Counted from the first letter of the stretch, positions 9,566 to 19,534 are shown. The stretch is DNA of 64,000 nucleotides from Candidatus Hodarchaeota archaeon (GCA_048886685.1 JBHLKM010000005.1:74958-138957), one strand, 5' to 3'. Translations and numbers: made by a program. Notes: generated from the sequence alone by a model not told the origin.

Positions 9566-11239
9566 ATGGATTTTATTTATAAGGAAGAATATTGGTATAT
9601 AAGTTCATTTATAAACACTAATCTTGTAGATGGTAATGTGAAAAGTGAAGAAATTAGGATAAAAATTAAAGAATGTCTAAATAATCTAAAAAAAGAAGAT
9701 CTTTATTATAAAATACGAGATGAAATTGGCGATGATATAATAGACATGGCGAAAAATATTTCATTGTCTTGTAAATGGGAACCTTATCTGGAGAGTTTTC
9801 CCTATGAGGATGAAAACAGCCAAAAAGAATATGATACCTTAGGATTTTTTCAGTTTGATGTAGAATATTATAAAGAAAATCCCTCAAAAAAACAAAATAT
9901 TAGATCGAACTATATTCAACAGATCCCACAAATAATAAATACTTTTTTAATGGATTATTCTGCAAAGGAGGAAGCCAAAGGGATTCTTTTTGATTTAGAG
10001 AGCCCTATGTATATTTTTATTACTTCAGATAAAGTAGAGCCTCAAGAAATCTCTTGGACACAAGAAAATATTGAAAAGTACAAAAAAATTATTGGTTATT
10101 GGACAGAGGTATATTCAGGGCAATGGGAAGATTATTCAGAGGTCCTATACGATAAACGTATTGAAAATAATTTATCTAATCGTTTGTCAGAACTACATTT
10201 TATTCGTAGAAATTCTGGATTCATATATATGGCAGAAGATAATTATACGAATTTCTTTAACTCTTATATGAAAGAATATGTTTTAACTCCTACTCCAAAA
10301 ATGAGAGCAGTTCTATTTGCACTACGATCTATAAATGAGTCATTAGATTTACTATTCTTGAAGACTGAATCAGAAGAATTCAAGGATGTTGAAACTATTG
10401 AAAGAAAAATTCGAAATCTTAGATTTTTAAGGGGTTTAATTCAAACTAAATTAAGCTTGGTATATAATGAATTGGATTATAATAGAAGACAACATTTTAC
10501 GAATGTATTAAAACATTTACTTAATGAGTTTGAAATTGATAGAATAGTTTCCCGAATCAATGAAAAATTTGATATTATTTATGATTCAATGCAAGGATTA
10601 TATGTCAAAAAAAATGAAGAAATTCAAAAAAGAACTGAAAAAGGTCTTAATCTCCTAAATCTACTTTTTGGAGCGGGAATTTTAGCAGACCTTGGAAGTG
10701 TTATTATGATTGCATTAAGTTTACAAGAAGGGGATCTTAGTTCAATAGTGTTAAATAGTATAATTGCAATAATAATTAGTGGAATTTTAATTACTACAAT
10801 TATATTCAACGTTTATATGAGAGTTCAAGTTAATAAGGCAGAAATTTTACATGCTGTGGATGCCGTTATTGAAGATGGAAAAGGAAATGTGGTTTTAATC
10901 AAGCGGAAATATCCTCCTTATCAAGGTTTTTATGCATTACCAGGCGGTTCTGTTGAAAAGGGTGAAAAACTAAAAGAAGCATTGGTAAGAGAAGTTAGAG
11001 AAGAAACTAATTTAAATGTGGATGTAACAGAGAAAATTGGAATTTACGATAAGGAGGGAAGGGATCCTCGAGGTAATGTTCATAGTACTGCTTATAAGTG
11101 TATTGTTCTTGGAAATATTTCTGAGATGCAAAATGGTGAAGAAACGGTAGAAGTAAAACTTTTTTCAAAAGAACAGGTAAAAGATATGGAATTAGCGTTT
11201 GATCATAAGGAAATGCTAAGAGACGCTAAATTCATATGA
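9566..11239 (+). CDS. CorA-like helical/2-TM membrane protein fused to a C-terminal Nudix hydrolase
   Basis: Nudix box GGSVEKGEKLKEALVREVREET, RDPRG and LAFDH; two hydrophobic helices after a long helical stalk. Nudix call is firm; CorA-like call is tentative. Confidence 0.65.
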   Translation: MDFIYKEEYWYISSFINTNLVDGNVKSEEIRIKIKECLNNLKKEDLYYKIRDEIGDDIIDMAKNISLSCKWEPYLESFPYEDENSQKEYDTLGFFQFDVEYYKENPSKKQNIRSNYIQQIPQIINTFLMDYSAKEEAKGILFDLESPMYIFITSDKVEPQEISWTQENIEKYKKIIGYWTEVYSGQWEDYSEVLYDKRIENNLSNRLSELHFIRRNSGFIYMAEDNYTNFFNSYMKEYVLTPTPKMRAVLFALRSINESLDLLFLKTESEEFKDVETIERKIRNLRFLRGLIQTKLSLVYNELDYNRRQHFTNVLKHLLNEFEIDRIVSRINEKFDIIYDSMQGLYVKKNEEIQKRTEKGLNLLNLLFGAGILADLGSVIMIALSLQEGDLSSIVLNSIIAIIISGILITTIIFNVYMRVQVNKAEILHAVDAVIEDGKGNVVLIKRKYPPYQGFYALPGGSVEKGEKLKEALVREVREETNLNVDVTEKIGIYDKEGRDPRGNVHSTAYKCIVLGNISEMQNGEETVEVKLFSKEQVKDMELAFDHKEMLRDAKFI

Positions 11240-11333
11240 TAATATAATAACATCATTAGTTTTTTATACAATTATCAAAACTTTATTATTTTTAGTTAAA
11301 TTCTTCAAATTCAAACTCAGAAATTGAAGAAAA

Positions 11334-11898
11334 ATGATAATTATACCAAGTCCGGAAACCGGAAAAGAACCTCAAATTCACGATTCTGCTTACATTGCTC
11401 CCACAGCTGTCATCATCGGAGACGTAATAATCGGAGAAAATTCAAATGTTTGGTTTGGTGCAACTATTCGAGGAGATTGGGGCTCAATTAAAATTGGAAA
11501 AAATACTAGCATTCAAGAAAATGTTACCATTCATATTGAAGCAGGAAGTTCTGTAACTATAGGGGATGATTGTATTATAGGTCATCATGCAAAGATGTGA
11601 AGGTCTTACTTTACTCTGCAGAATGATTCATGGACCTTGTACAATAGAAAATGGCTGTGTTGTCGGAATTGCATCAAATGTATTACACCAGTCAAAACTT
11701 TGTGAAGGTTCTGTCCTTGCGGCAGGAGCAGTGCTCTTAGGCAAAGAGATCCCTCCTAGAAGCCTGGCTGTTGGAATTCCCGCCTCGGTTAAAAAAGAAG
11801 GAATTTATAAGGGGAAACTTGAAGGAACTAAAATATCCAAACTCTATACAAAAAAAGGTCAGACTTTTAAACAGTATTTTAACCAAAATTCATCATAG
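11334..11898 (+). CDS. Gamma carbonic anhydrase family (YrdA/CaiE-like), interrupted by a 31-nt insertion; joined product 177 aa
   Basis: Joining 11334-11592 to 11624-11898 (534 nt) gives ...NVTIH...CIIGHHAMIHGPC..., with hexapeptide repeats and three Zn-ligand His in canonical spacing. Confidence 0.85.
11593..11623 (+). other. Putative BHB-type intron in a protein-coding gene
   Basis: Relaxed BHB fold; removal restores the frame and the GHxAxIHG motif; contains the in-frame TGA. Confidence 0.7.
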
Positions 11899-11932
11899 GA
11901 AAAATTAAATTTTCCTATTTCTTTTCTTTTTA

Positions 11933-12673
11933 CTATTTTGAGCAAAAACAACTTTCATTCTTAACTATATCTATAATATTAAACCTTAAATCTATTAAAT
12001 TCACCATTAAAACTTTATTTTCAAGATTAGGGAGACCTAAGGCTGTTTTTATTACTTCTAAAGCTTCTAATGTGCCTAAAATACCAGGAGTTACGCCAAT
12101 TACCGGTAATGGTCCTTCTTCTGGAGGAACTTCTGGAGGTTCTGAAAATACACATTGATAACAAGCAGTCTTTCTTGGATTAATTGTGATAATTTGTCCA
12201 TAAAAATCTTTGATCCCTGCAATAACACATCTTAAATTATTTTCAATAGCTATCTTGTTAACTAGGAATTTTGTTTTAAAATTGTCACTACAGTCAACCA
12301 CAAAATCATAATCTTTTTCTTTTAGATATTTCTTAATCGATTCTTCATCAATATAATCTTTATAAACGTTAATTTGAACATCTGAATTAAGTTTTGATAA
12401 TACATCTTTGGCAGAATTTACCTTATCTTTACCAATTTGAGATTCATTATAGAGAATTTGCCTTTGTAGATTTGAAATATCCAAAATATCATTATCTATT
12501 ATTGTTAATTGATTAATCCCTGCAGCTGTTAAATACAGTGAAAAAGGCGATCCTAAGCCTCCGCAACCTATCTGAAGGATTTTCAGCTCAGAAATCTTTT
12601 CTTGACCTTTTTCCCCTATTACGGGAGATATAATTTGACGCGAATATCTCTCCTTTTGCCTTTCAGTTAGAAT
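11933..12673 (-). CDS. ThiF/MoeB/E1-like adenylyltransferase (probable ATT start at 12673)
   Basis: Frame extends upstream of the called ORF: ILTERQKERYSRQI...QIGCGGLGS...DNDILDISNLQRQ; DCSDN, CYQC. Confidence 0.85.
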   Translation of the reverse strand: MLTERQKERYSRQIISPVIGEKGQEKISELKILQIGCGGLGSPFSLYLTAAGINQLTIIDNDILDISNLQRQILYNESQIGKDKVNSAKDVLSKLNSDVQINVYKDYIDEESIKKYLKEKDYDFVVDCSDNFKTKFLVNKIAIENNLRCVIAGIKDFYGQIITINPRKTACYQCVFSEPPEVPPEEGPLPVIGVTPGILGTLEALEVIKTALGLPNLENKVLMVNLIDLRFNIIDIVKNESCFCSK

Positions 12674-12679
12674 AAAATA

Positions 12680-13054
12680 TCACCTATCTAGCATTTTTTT
12701 TACTTTTTTAATTGTTTCTTCAATTTCTATGAAAATTAAACCTAGATTAGTATTTAAATTTAATAATGAAACCATAATTAATTGCTCATCAGCCCCCATA
12801 ATAATTAATTGAAAATCATTAAATTCAACAGTTAAATTATCAACAAACTTGCTTCCTATTGCTGAAGCGGCTGTTTCAATAGCACCAAACATAGTCGCAG
12901 CCATAGCACAAAATTTCCGATCATCGATATCTCTCGGTAATCTTGAAACAATCAATAGACCATTGCGGTTAACAAGAGCAGTGCCTATTATATCGCTTAT
13001 AGTTTCAAGCTTTTCTAATTCTTTATGGAGATTTTGAACTTTTAAACTATTCAT
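12680..13054 (-). CDS. Roadblock/LAMTOR2 domain protein
   Basis: IIGTALVNRNGLLIVSRLP, AMAATMFGAIE, NLGLIFIEI. Confidence 0.9.
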   Translation of the reverse strand: MNSLKVQNLHKELEKLETISDIIGTALVNRNGLLIVSRLPRDIDDRKFCAMAATMFGAIETAASAIGSKFVDNLTVEFNDFQLIIMGADEQLIMVSLLNLNTNLGLIFIEIEETIKKVKKMLDR

Positions 13055-13187
13055 TTCTATACAAAAGTTGGCTTCATGTTAATTTGAATTATATATGAAT
13101 TATATAAAAATATCTATTTGAAGATTAAATAATTAATAATATCGCTTTATACTTTTAGAATGAGGTTTTTAGATTAAATGCAGAAAA

Positions 13188-13409
13188 CTATGCTAATGCT
13201 TTTTTCCTATTGCGATAAAATGATTTTTGACCATTAAAGGGACGAGTTCTATTTCTCCATCCTGGTTGACGTAATTTCGCAGATTTTCCAAAACCACAAC
13301 TGGCACAAAATCTCTTTCTTCTATGATATGAATGTTTTCCACAACGACGACATGCTTTATGGGTAGCTGCCTTATTTTTCTTTCCTTTACTTGGTGTACC
13401 TTTTCCCAT
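13188..13409 (-). CDS. rpl37e: 50S ribosomal protein L37e
   Basis: [25 protein letters not shown]. Confidence 0.97.
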   Translation of the reverse strand: MGKGTPSKGKKNKAATHKACRRCGKHSYHRRKRFCASCGFGKSAKLRQPGWRNRTRPFNGQKSFYRNRKKALA

Positions 13410-13414
13410 TTACC

Positions 13415-13723
13415 TTATACCTCTTCAGTTTCTTCTCGATGCATCAATTTCTCTTCTGCATCGCCGGCAAAGACTAATCTTTCACGGTCCTGGCCTATAA
13501 AGATTACGCTCGCACCCCTAATCATCACAGTCCCTAAATCTTTGCTTCTTTTTCCACCACGACCAAAATATATTTCTTTAGCGTCTTTAACGATTAAATT
13601 CATATAGTTATCAAATTTTACAAGTTTCCCAGTTAAATATGTGTTCCAAATCTTTAATTTAATATTTACTTCTGGCTTTAAAATTGCCTTACTAAGTGTT
13701 CTTGAAATTGTGTGTTGTGACAT
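13415..13723 (-). CDS. Sm-like (SmAP/Lsm) protein with acidic C-terminal extension
   Basis: Sm1 GKLVKFDNYMNLIVKDAKE, Sm2 LGTVMIRGASVIFI; classic linkage to rpl37e. Confidence 0.9.
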   Translation of the reverse strand: MSQHTISRTLSKAILKPEVNIKLKIWNTYLTGKLVKFDNYMNLIVKDAKEIYFGRGGKRSKDLGTVMIRGASVIFIGQDRERLVFAGDAEEKLMHREETEEV

Positions 13724-13838
13724 CGAAATAAAATCTCTTGAAAATTATTCTACGTTATGTTTTTAATTACGTAATCAAATAAATATTTTTTTAAATATTT
13801 AAGAATTTAAATGAAATATTATTAGATAAGGGATATAA

Positions 13839-14876
13839 ATGAAAAAAATCGCATATTTTGATGCATGTGTTGAAACTCCTGAAGAGATTATCCTTGCTGC
13901 TGATATGATCCCTGTTAGACTATTTGGAAATCCAACAATTGGAATAGATAAAGCGAATGAGCATGTACCTCCAACTCATTGTGTTTGGGCAAGAAATATT
14001 CTTGAACAAGCTATTAATGGGCTGGATGATGATATTAAAGGAGTTATAACAACACACGGATGTGATTGTACTAATAGAGAATTTGATATTTGGTTAGAGT
14101 GTGTGAATACAGAATTTCTTTTTTTTCTTAATGCTCCTTTAAAGCGTAATGAGACAGCATTACATTTCTTTATAAATGATATTAAAGAACTTATTATCCA
14201 ATTGGAAGAAAAATTCAATATCAAAATAACCTCTGAAAAAATTAAGGAAGCTATTAAAAAAATGAATAGAATTAGGACACTTTTAAGAGAAATATCAAAC
14301 TTCCGGGTCGATATGAAATTAAAAGGTTCTGAATTCCATGCATTAGTTAAAGAAGTTCAACTATCAGATAAGGATGAAGTGGTTAAAAAACTTGAATCAA
14401 AAGTAGCTGAATATGAAGGAAGAGAGCCATTTTCAAAAAACAACCTCAAAAATGTACTATTAACAGGATCAGTAATAGATGATACAGAATTTATTAATTT
14501 TCTCGAAGATGTTGGTTTTCACATCATAATTGATGATATATGCATCGGAACTAAATATTTTTGGAATAATGTTGATGAAAACGGAGATCCTATAGAAGCC
14601 ATAGCGGAATTTCATCTTAATAAGCCAATTTATTCTACAAAATTTCCTTCATATGAGCGATTTAAAGTCTTAAAAAATTTAGCAGAAAAATATAAGGTGG
14701 ATGGTATAATCAATATTGCACAGAAATTCTGTGAGCCTGTTCTGTATGGGCATCCATATTTTAATAAAAAATTTAAGGAATTAGATATTCCATATCTTTT
14801 TGTCGAAATGGAATACAATAGAGAGTCATATAAGCAATTAATAACTAGATTCGAAGCATTTAAAGAAATAATATAA
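13839..14876 (+). CDS. 2-hydroxyacyl-CoA dehydratase / benzoyl-CoA reductase family subunit
   Basis: PEEIILAAD, HC, GCD, DDICIG, QKFCEP, TRFEAF. Confidence 0.85.
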   Translation: MKKIAYFDACVETPEEIILAADMIPVRLFGNPTIGIDKANEHVPPTHCVWARNILEQAINGLDDDIKGVITTHGCDCTNREFDIWLECVNTEFLFFLNAPLKRNETALHFFINDIKELIIQLEEKFNIKITSEKIKEAIKKMNRIRTLLREISNFRVDMKLKGSEFHALVKEVQLSDKDEVVKKLESKVAEYEGREPFSKNNLKNVLLTGSVIDDTEFINFLEDVGFHIIIDDICIGTKYFWNNVDENGDPIEAIAEFHLNKPIYSTKFPSYERFKVLKNLAEKYKVDGIINIAQKFCEPVLYGHPYFNKKFKELDIPYLFVEMEYNRESYKQLITRFEAFKEII

Positions 14877-14892
14877 ACAAGGTTTTATAACA

Positions 14893-16155
14893 ATGTCAAA
14901 AATGAAGAAAACTGGAAAGATGTTAAATGCAACCAATAAATTAAGGAATGAAATGGGAAGACATTTTTTAGCTATTGAACAAGCATATCGAGAGGGAAAG
15001 CCAACCGCTTGGGCAACTGCAGGAACTCCCGTTGAACTTTTATATTCTATGGGTGTACAACCGATGCTTCCTGAAAATTCAGCAACAATTTCGGCAGCGC
15101 TTAAGAAATCCCAAAATTTTATTGAACTTGCTGAAGATCAAGGATACTCCTATGATTTATGTTCTTATTTCAAAACAAATGTTGGTGCTGTATTAAGCAA
15201 TGCTGAAATGAGTGATGGTGGTACAAGAAAACCAACATTCATGCTTTCAAGTGATGTGATATGTGATACTCATGTGAATTGGTTTCAAGTACAATCTGAA
15301 AGAATGGGTGGTGTGCCCCACTTTACAATTGATATTCCACATGTAGTTAGTAACATAAACAATAGACAGCGAGAATATTTTATAAAATATATTAAAGAAC
15401 AACTCTGGGAGCTATTAGATTTTATAACAGAAATCACTGGAAACGAATATAATGAAGAAAAAGCTCGAGAGATAGCTCAAAATTCGTATGAGATGGGAAA
15501 GATATGGCAAGAAGTTTTTGAGTTAAGAAAAAACATACCATGCCCAGTTTCAACAAGAGACACTTTTGGGGGACTTTTTCCCTTATTTACAATGACAGGG
15601 TTAAGATCACCTATAAAATTGTATAAAAGAATGTATAGAGAAGCCAAAGAACGTGTTGATAATGGAATTGGTGCATTAGAAAAGGAAGAATTTAGATTAA
15701 TGTTTGAAGGAATTCCCTTCTGGTATAACTTGAAATTTTTTGCTAACTTAGAGCGATGGAATGCAATTATTGTCTATGAACCTTATGTATATGCTTTTAC
15801 CAAATATACAAATCCAAAGATTACAAAAGAAGATGTATTAAATAACCCCGTAGAGTCAATGGCGGAATTAATTCTCAGTTTTTGGTATATTTATGACTTG
15901 GAGACTCGTGTTCAAAAATTCAAGGAAACAGTAAGAGATTGGAAAGTTGATGGCGTAATCTTACATAATAATATGTCATGTCGTCCAAATGCATGTGGGA
16001 TGTATGATTTAAAACGTAGATTAATGGAGGAAGCTGATATTCCCACACTTGTGATTGATGCGGATATGAATGACCCACGTAAGCTGAATGAGACTCAGGT
16101 TCTAAACCAAATCGAAAGTTTCATAGAAATTCTCAGAAAAAGGAAGAAGAAGTAA
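14893..16155 (+). CDS. 2-hydroxyacyl-CoA dehydratase / benzoyl-CoA reductase family subunit (HgdA/BcrB-like)
   Basis: LPEN, DLCSY, ICD, VDGVILH..SCRP, DMNDPR. Confidence 0.85.
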   Translation: MSKMKKTGKMLNATNKLRNEMGRHFLAIEQAYREGKPTAWATAGTPVELLYSMGVQPMLPENSATISAALKKSQNFIELAEDQGYSYDLCSYFKTNVGAVLSNAEMSDGGTRKPTFMLSSDVICDTHVNWFQVQSERMGGVPHFTIDIPHVVSNINNRQREYFIKYIKEQLWELLDFITEITGNEYNEEKAREIAQNSYEMGKIWQEVFELRKNIPCPVSTRDTFGGLFPLFTMTGLRSPIKLYKRMYREAKERVDNGIGALEKEEFRLMFEGIPFWYNLKFFANLERWNAIIVYEPYVYAFTKYTNPKITKEDVLNNPVESMAELILSFWYIYDLETRVQKFKETVRDWKVDGVILHNNMSCRPNACGMYDLKRRLMEEADIPTLVIDADMNDPRKLNETQVLNQIESFIEILRKRKKK

Positions 16156-16158
16156 TTT

Positions 16159-17829
16159 CTACTTGATTATAACTCCTTCAAGAGGAGCCAATTTGAAATA
16201 ATCACCAAGGTCATCTAAATCTAACTTTCTGTTAGATTTTGTCGAAAAAAGCAATTCTAAGCTTATTTCTGGAGTTTTTACTATTATCTTTTTTCCTGAA
16301 AAATTTAAGTAGATATACAGTTCTTGTTCTTCATGAATCCGTTTAAAAGCGATACATTTATTATTTAATTTTCCAAGGTTAATAATTTCAAACAATCCCT
16401 CCTGTAAAGAAATGTTTTCCCCTCTAACCTTTAATAATTGTCTATAGCAATTTAATAAAGAATTTGGATTTTTTTCTTCATTAGAAACATTTATTTGTTT
16501 ATAATTATCGGAAATCCTTAACCAAGTCTTAGCTTCGGGATTAGGTGTAAATCCAGCATGAAATGCGGCATTCCATTGCATTGGAGTCCTGCATCTATCT
16601 CTTGTTAAAGAAAACCCGAGAACTTTGGAAATTAATAGGAAAGGAAACTTCGAAAATTTGCGCCCAATCGGGTCTTCACTTGTTTTAAGCATAAATTTAA
16701 CGTTTGACATTCCAATTTCCTCCCCATAATATATGTAAGGAACACCTCTTAATGTTAATTGAAGAGTAGCAAGAATTTTTGTTTTCTGGACACTATTATC
16801 TAAGAGGGATATGTATCTATCTCTATCATGGTTTCCATAAACATAAGTAGGTGTATAAGGTGATGGTAAAATTTGCTCAATTTTAGAAATAACACGTGCG
16901 ATTTTTTTGGGTTTAAATGACAATGCCTTAGAAGTAAATTCAAATAAAAAACTCATATGTAAACCATTATTCTCTGGTCCATAATATTTTTTTAAATTTT
17001 TCAGAGATGTACAGACTTCTCCTACTAAGAATCTCTCAGATTCGTATTCATCCATTAATTTTCTTAATTCTAATACAAAATTAAATGTCTCAGGAAGGTT
17101 TGCATCGTATCTGTGATGTTGAAAAAATGAAGCTGTTTTTTTATCCGATAATGTTAATGACCAAGAAAAAGGATTATTTTTTAATCCTAAATCTTCAAAA
17201 ATTGTATGCAATATGTCTAATCTGAATCCATCAACTCCTTTATCCAACCAAAATCGCATTATGTTAAACATTGCTTCTTTCACTTCTGGATTTCGATAGT
17301 TTAAATCAGGTTGAAAAGGTAAAAAATGGAAATAATACCATTGTCCTGTATTTTCATAGTATCTCCATGCTGAACCTCCAGGAATTGCTTTCCAGTTGTT
17401 AGGTGGTTTCTTTCCTTCTGGTTTTTTCCCATCTCTCCAGATATACCAATCTCTCTTTGGATTGTCCTTGCTCGATGCAGATTCTCTGAACCATGGATGC
17501 TCAATTGAAGTATGATTAAGGACGAGATCTAATACTAATTTCATATGTTTATCATGTATTTCATTTAACAATTTTTCAAAACTACTCATTGTTCCGTAAA
17601 CAGGATCAATCTCACGAAAATTCACAATATCATATCCATGATCTTGCTGCGGAGATTTAAAAAATGGGCTAATCCATATAGTCTCTATTCCTAAATTCTT
17701 TAAATAATCTAACTTTTCAATAATACCTTGAATATCTCCGATTCCATTGCCAGTACTATCTTTAAATGAGCGTGGATAAATTTGATATACCACTGTCTTT
17801 TGCCACCATTTATATTTACCAACATTCAT
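16159..17829 (-). CDS. GH13 alpha-glucosidase / oligo-1,6-glucosidase
   Basis: YQIYPRSFKDS, DLVLNHTS, DGFRLD, VGE, NHD. Confidence 0.93.
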   Translation of the reverse strand: MNVGKYKWWQKTVVYQIYPRSFKDSTGNGIGDIQGIIEKLDYLKNLGIETIWISPFFKSPQQDHGYDIVNFREIDPVYGTMSSFEKLLNEIHDKHMKLVLDLVLNHTSIEHPWFRESASSKDNPKRDWYIWRDGKKPEGKKPPNNWKAIPGGSAWRYYENTGQWYYFHFLPFQPDLNYRNPEVKEAMFNIMRFWLDKGVDGFRLDILHTIFEDLGLKNNPFSWSLTLSDKKTASFFQHHRYDANLPETFNFVLELRKLMDEYESERFLVGEVCTSLKNLKKYYGPENNGLHMSFLFEFTSKALSFKPKKIARVISKIEQILPSPYTPTYVYGNHDRDRYISLLDNSVQKTKILATLQLTLRGVPYIYYGEEIGMSNVKFMLKTSEDPIGRKFSKFPFLLISKVLGFSLTRDRCRTPMQWNAAFHAGFTPNPEAKTWLRISDNYKQINVSNEEKNPNSLLNCYRQLLKVRGENISLQEGLFEIINLGKLNNKCIAFKRIHEEQELYIYLNFSGKKIIVKTPEISLELLFSTKSNRKLDLDDLGDYFKLAPLEGVIIK

Positions 17830-17969
17830 AAATTATTCAATTCATTATTTCCTAAATTCTTTTTTAATTCTAGTTCGACTATATCAAACGACAAAAAAGA
17901 ATGATAAAATATCTATCTATTTAAATACAAGTTTAATTATAATAATATTAGAGACAAAATAGTAAAGTT

Positions 17970-19505
17970 ATGGCTGATACAACTAAAAAGAACAATATCA
18001 GTAATAAATTATCTATTCGGAAGTTAAAAGAATCCGAGGAAAATTACAGGCTTATTTTTGATAATGCAAACGACTTAATCGCCGTCTTTAATGATAAATT
18101 TGAATGTGAATTTATCAATGAAAAAGTTTTGAAAAAAATTTTAGGATATACTTTTGAAGATATTAAGGGAGATAAAGCATTTAAGTTGATACATCCCGAT
18201 CATATCGAGGAAGCTAAAAATATCTTTACTAAGACCTTTGTAGAAGGCAAAGGTTTTGGAGAAACAAGAATTCGATGTAAGGATGGTATTTATAAATGGT
18301 TACAGTGTAAGGGAAGAATTTTTGTGAAAAATGGAGAAAAGAGACTCATTCTTATTTCTAGGGATATAACTGATATAAAAGAAACTGAAAAAAAATTGTA
18401 TGAAGCTGAAGCAAAATACAAACTGATTTTAGAAAACGTTAATGATTTAATTACCATAATCAATGAAAACTTTCAGCACGAGTATTTTAATGAAAAGACT
18501 TACAAAAAATTATTAGGTTATTCAAAAGAAGAGATAATTGGGAGAACTCCAATGACTCCATTGCATCCAGAAGATCAAGAAAGAGCAATAAAAAGTTTGA
18601 TGAATGGTTTTAAGTATGGTGAAGGAAAAAATGAAATGAGAGTTAAGCATAAAGATGGTCATTATCTCTGGTTGGAAAATAAAGGCAAAACGTTTAGAGA
18701 TACTGATGGGAAAAAGAAAGCAGTAATTATTTCAAGAGATATTAGTGAACATAAGAAAATCCAAAAAGAATTAATTGATCAAAAAATCGAATTAGAAAAA
18801 TTAAACGAACTTAAATCTGAATTTTTAAGAAGAACTACTCATGAATTAAAAATTCCTCTAACAGCAATTAAAGGATATGCAGATCTTTTATTAAAAGTAA
18901 AAAGTAATCAGTTAAGTGCTGAAATAATTTCTAATTTAGAAAATATTCATAAAGGGTGTATGCGTCTTGAACATATCATTAAAAACATCATAGAAAGCTC
19001 AAAATTAAAAACAAGTACAATAATGCTAAGAACCTCGAGAGAAAACTTGTATAAGTTTATTAAATCCTGTGTAGAAGAATTAAGAGAATTATCTGAAGCT
19101 AAAAACCATATAATCAAGTTAAATATACCAGAAAACCTTATTATTCCTTTTGATAAAGAACAGATCCATGAAGTAATTATCAATCTAGTGGGTAATGCAA
19201 TAAAATACACTCCGCCACACGGATCTATAACTATAAAAGCAAACCTTAAAAATGAATCTGTTATTGTATCTATAGCAGATAATGGTATTGGTTTTACAAA
19301 AGAAGAGAAAAAGCAAATTTTTAAACAGTTTGGAAAAATTAACCACTCCGACTTAAACCTCGATTTAGGAATTGAAGGATCAGGTTTAGGATTATTTATC
19401 TCAAAACAGATTATAGAATTACATGATGGGGAGATTTGGGTCGAATCAGAAGGCAGAAATAAAGGATCGACTTTTTATTTCTCATTACCTAGAAAAAGAA
19501 AGTAA
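17970..19505 (+). CDS. Cytoplasmic PAS-PAS sensor histidine kinase
   Basis: Two PAS/PAC (IHPD, LHPED), H-box HELKIPL, N-box NAIKY, DNGIG, GSGLGL. Confidence 0.93.
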   Translation: MADTTKKNNISNKLSIRKLKESEENYRLIFDNANDLIAVFNDKFECEFINEKVLKKILGYTFEDIKGDKAFKLIHPDHIEEAKNIFTKTFVEGKGFGETRIRCKDGIYKWLQCKGRIFVKNGEKRLILISRDITDIKETEKKLYEAEAKYKLILENVNDLITIINENFQHEYFNEKTYKKLLGYSKEEIIGRTPMTPLHPEDQERAIKSLMNGFKYGEGKNEMRVKHKDGHYLWLENKGKTFRDTDGKKKAVIISRDISEHKKIQKELIDQKIELEKLNELKSEFLRRTTHELKIPLTAIKGYADLLLKVKSNQLSAEIISNLENIHKGCMRLEHIIKNIIESSKLKTSTIMLRTSRENLYKFIKSCVEELRELSEAKNHIIKLNIPENLIIPFDKEQIHEVIINLVGNAIKYTPPHGSITIKANLKNESVIVSIADNGIGFTKEEKKQIFKQFGKINHSDLNLDLGIEGSGLGLFISKQIIELHDGEIWVESEGRNKGSTFYFSLPRKRK

Positions 19506-19534
19506 GCTGTCTTTAAGAAAATATATTCTATAAA

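Noticed and set aside
11587-11898. Separate 103-aa gene, programmed frameshift, or selenocysteine UGA at 11598
   Set aside because: The halves form one gamma-CA. UGA read-through does not reach the downstream frame, and a frameshift would leave about 10 extra residues between the Zn-ligand histidines.
12680-12682. Selenocysteine at the roadblock TGA
   Set aside because: The position is an inter-domain junction, not a Cys-equivalent site, and no SECIS could be identified by eye.
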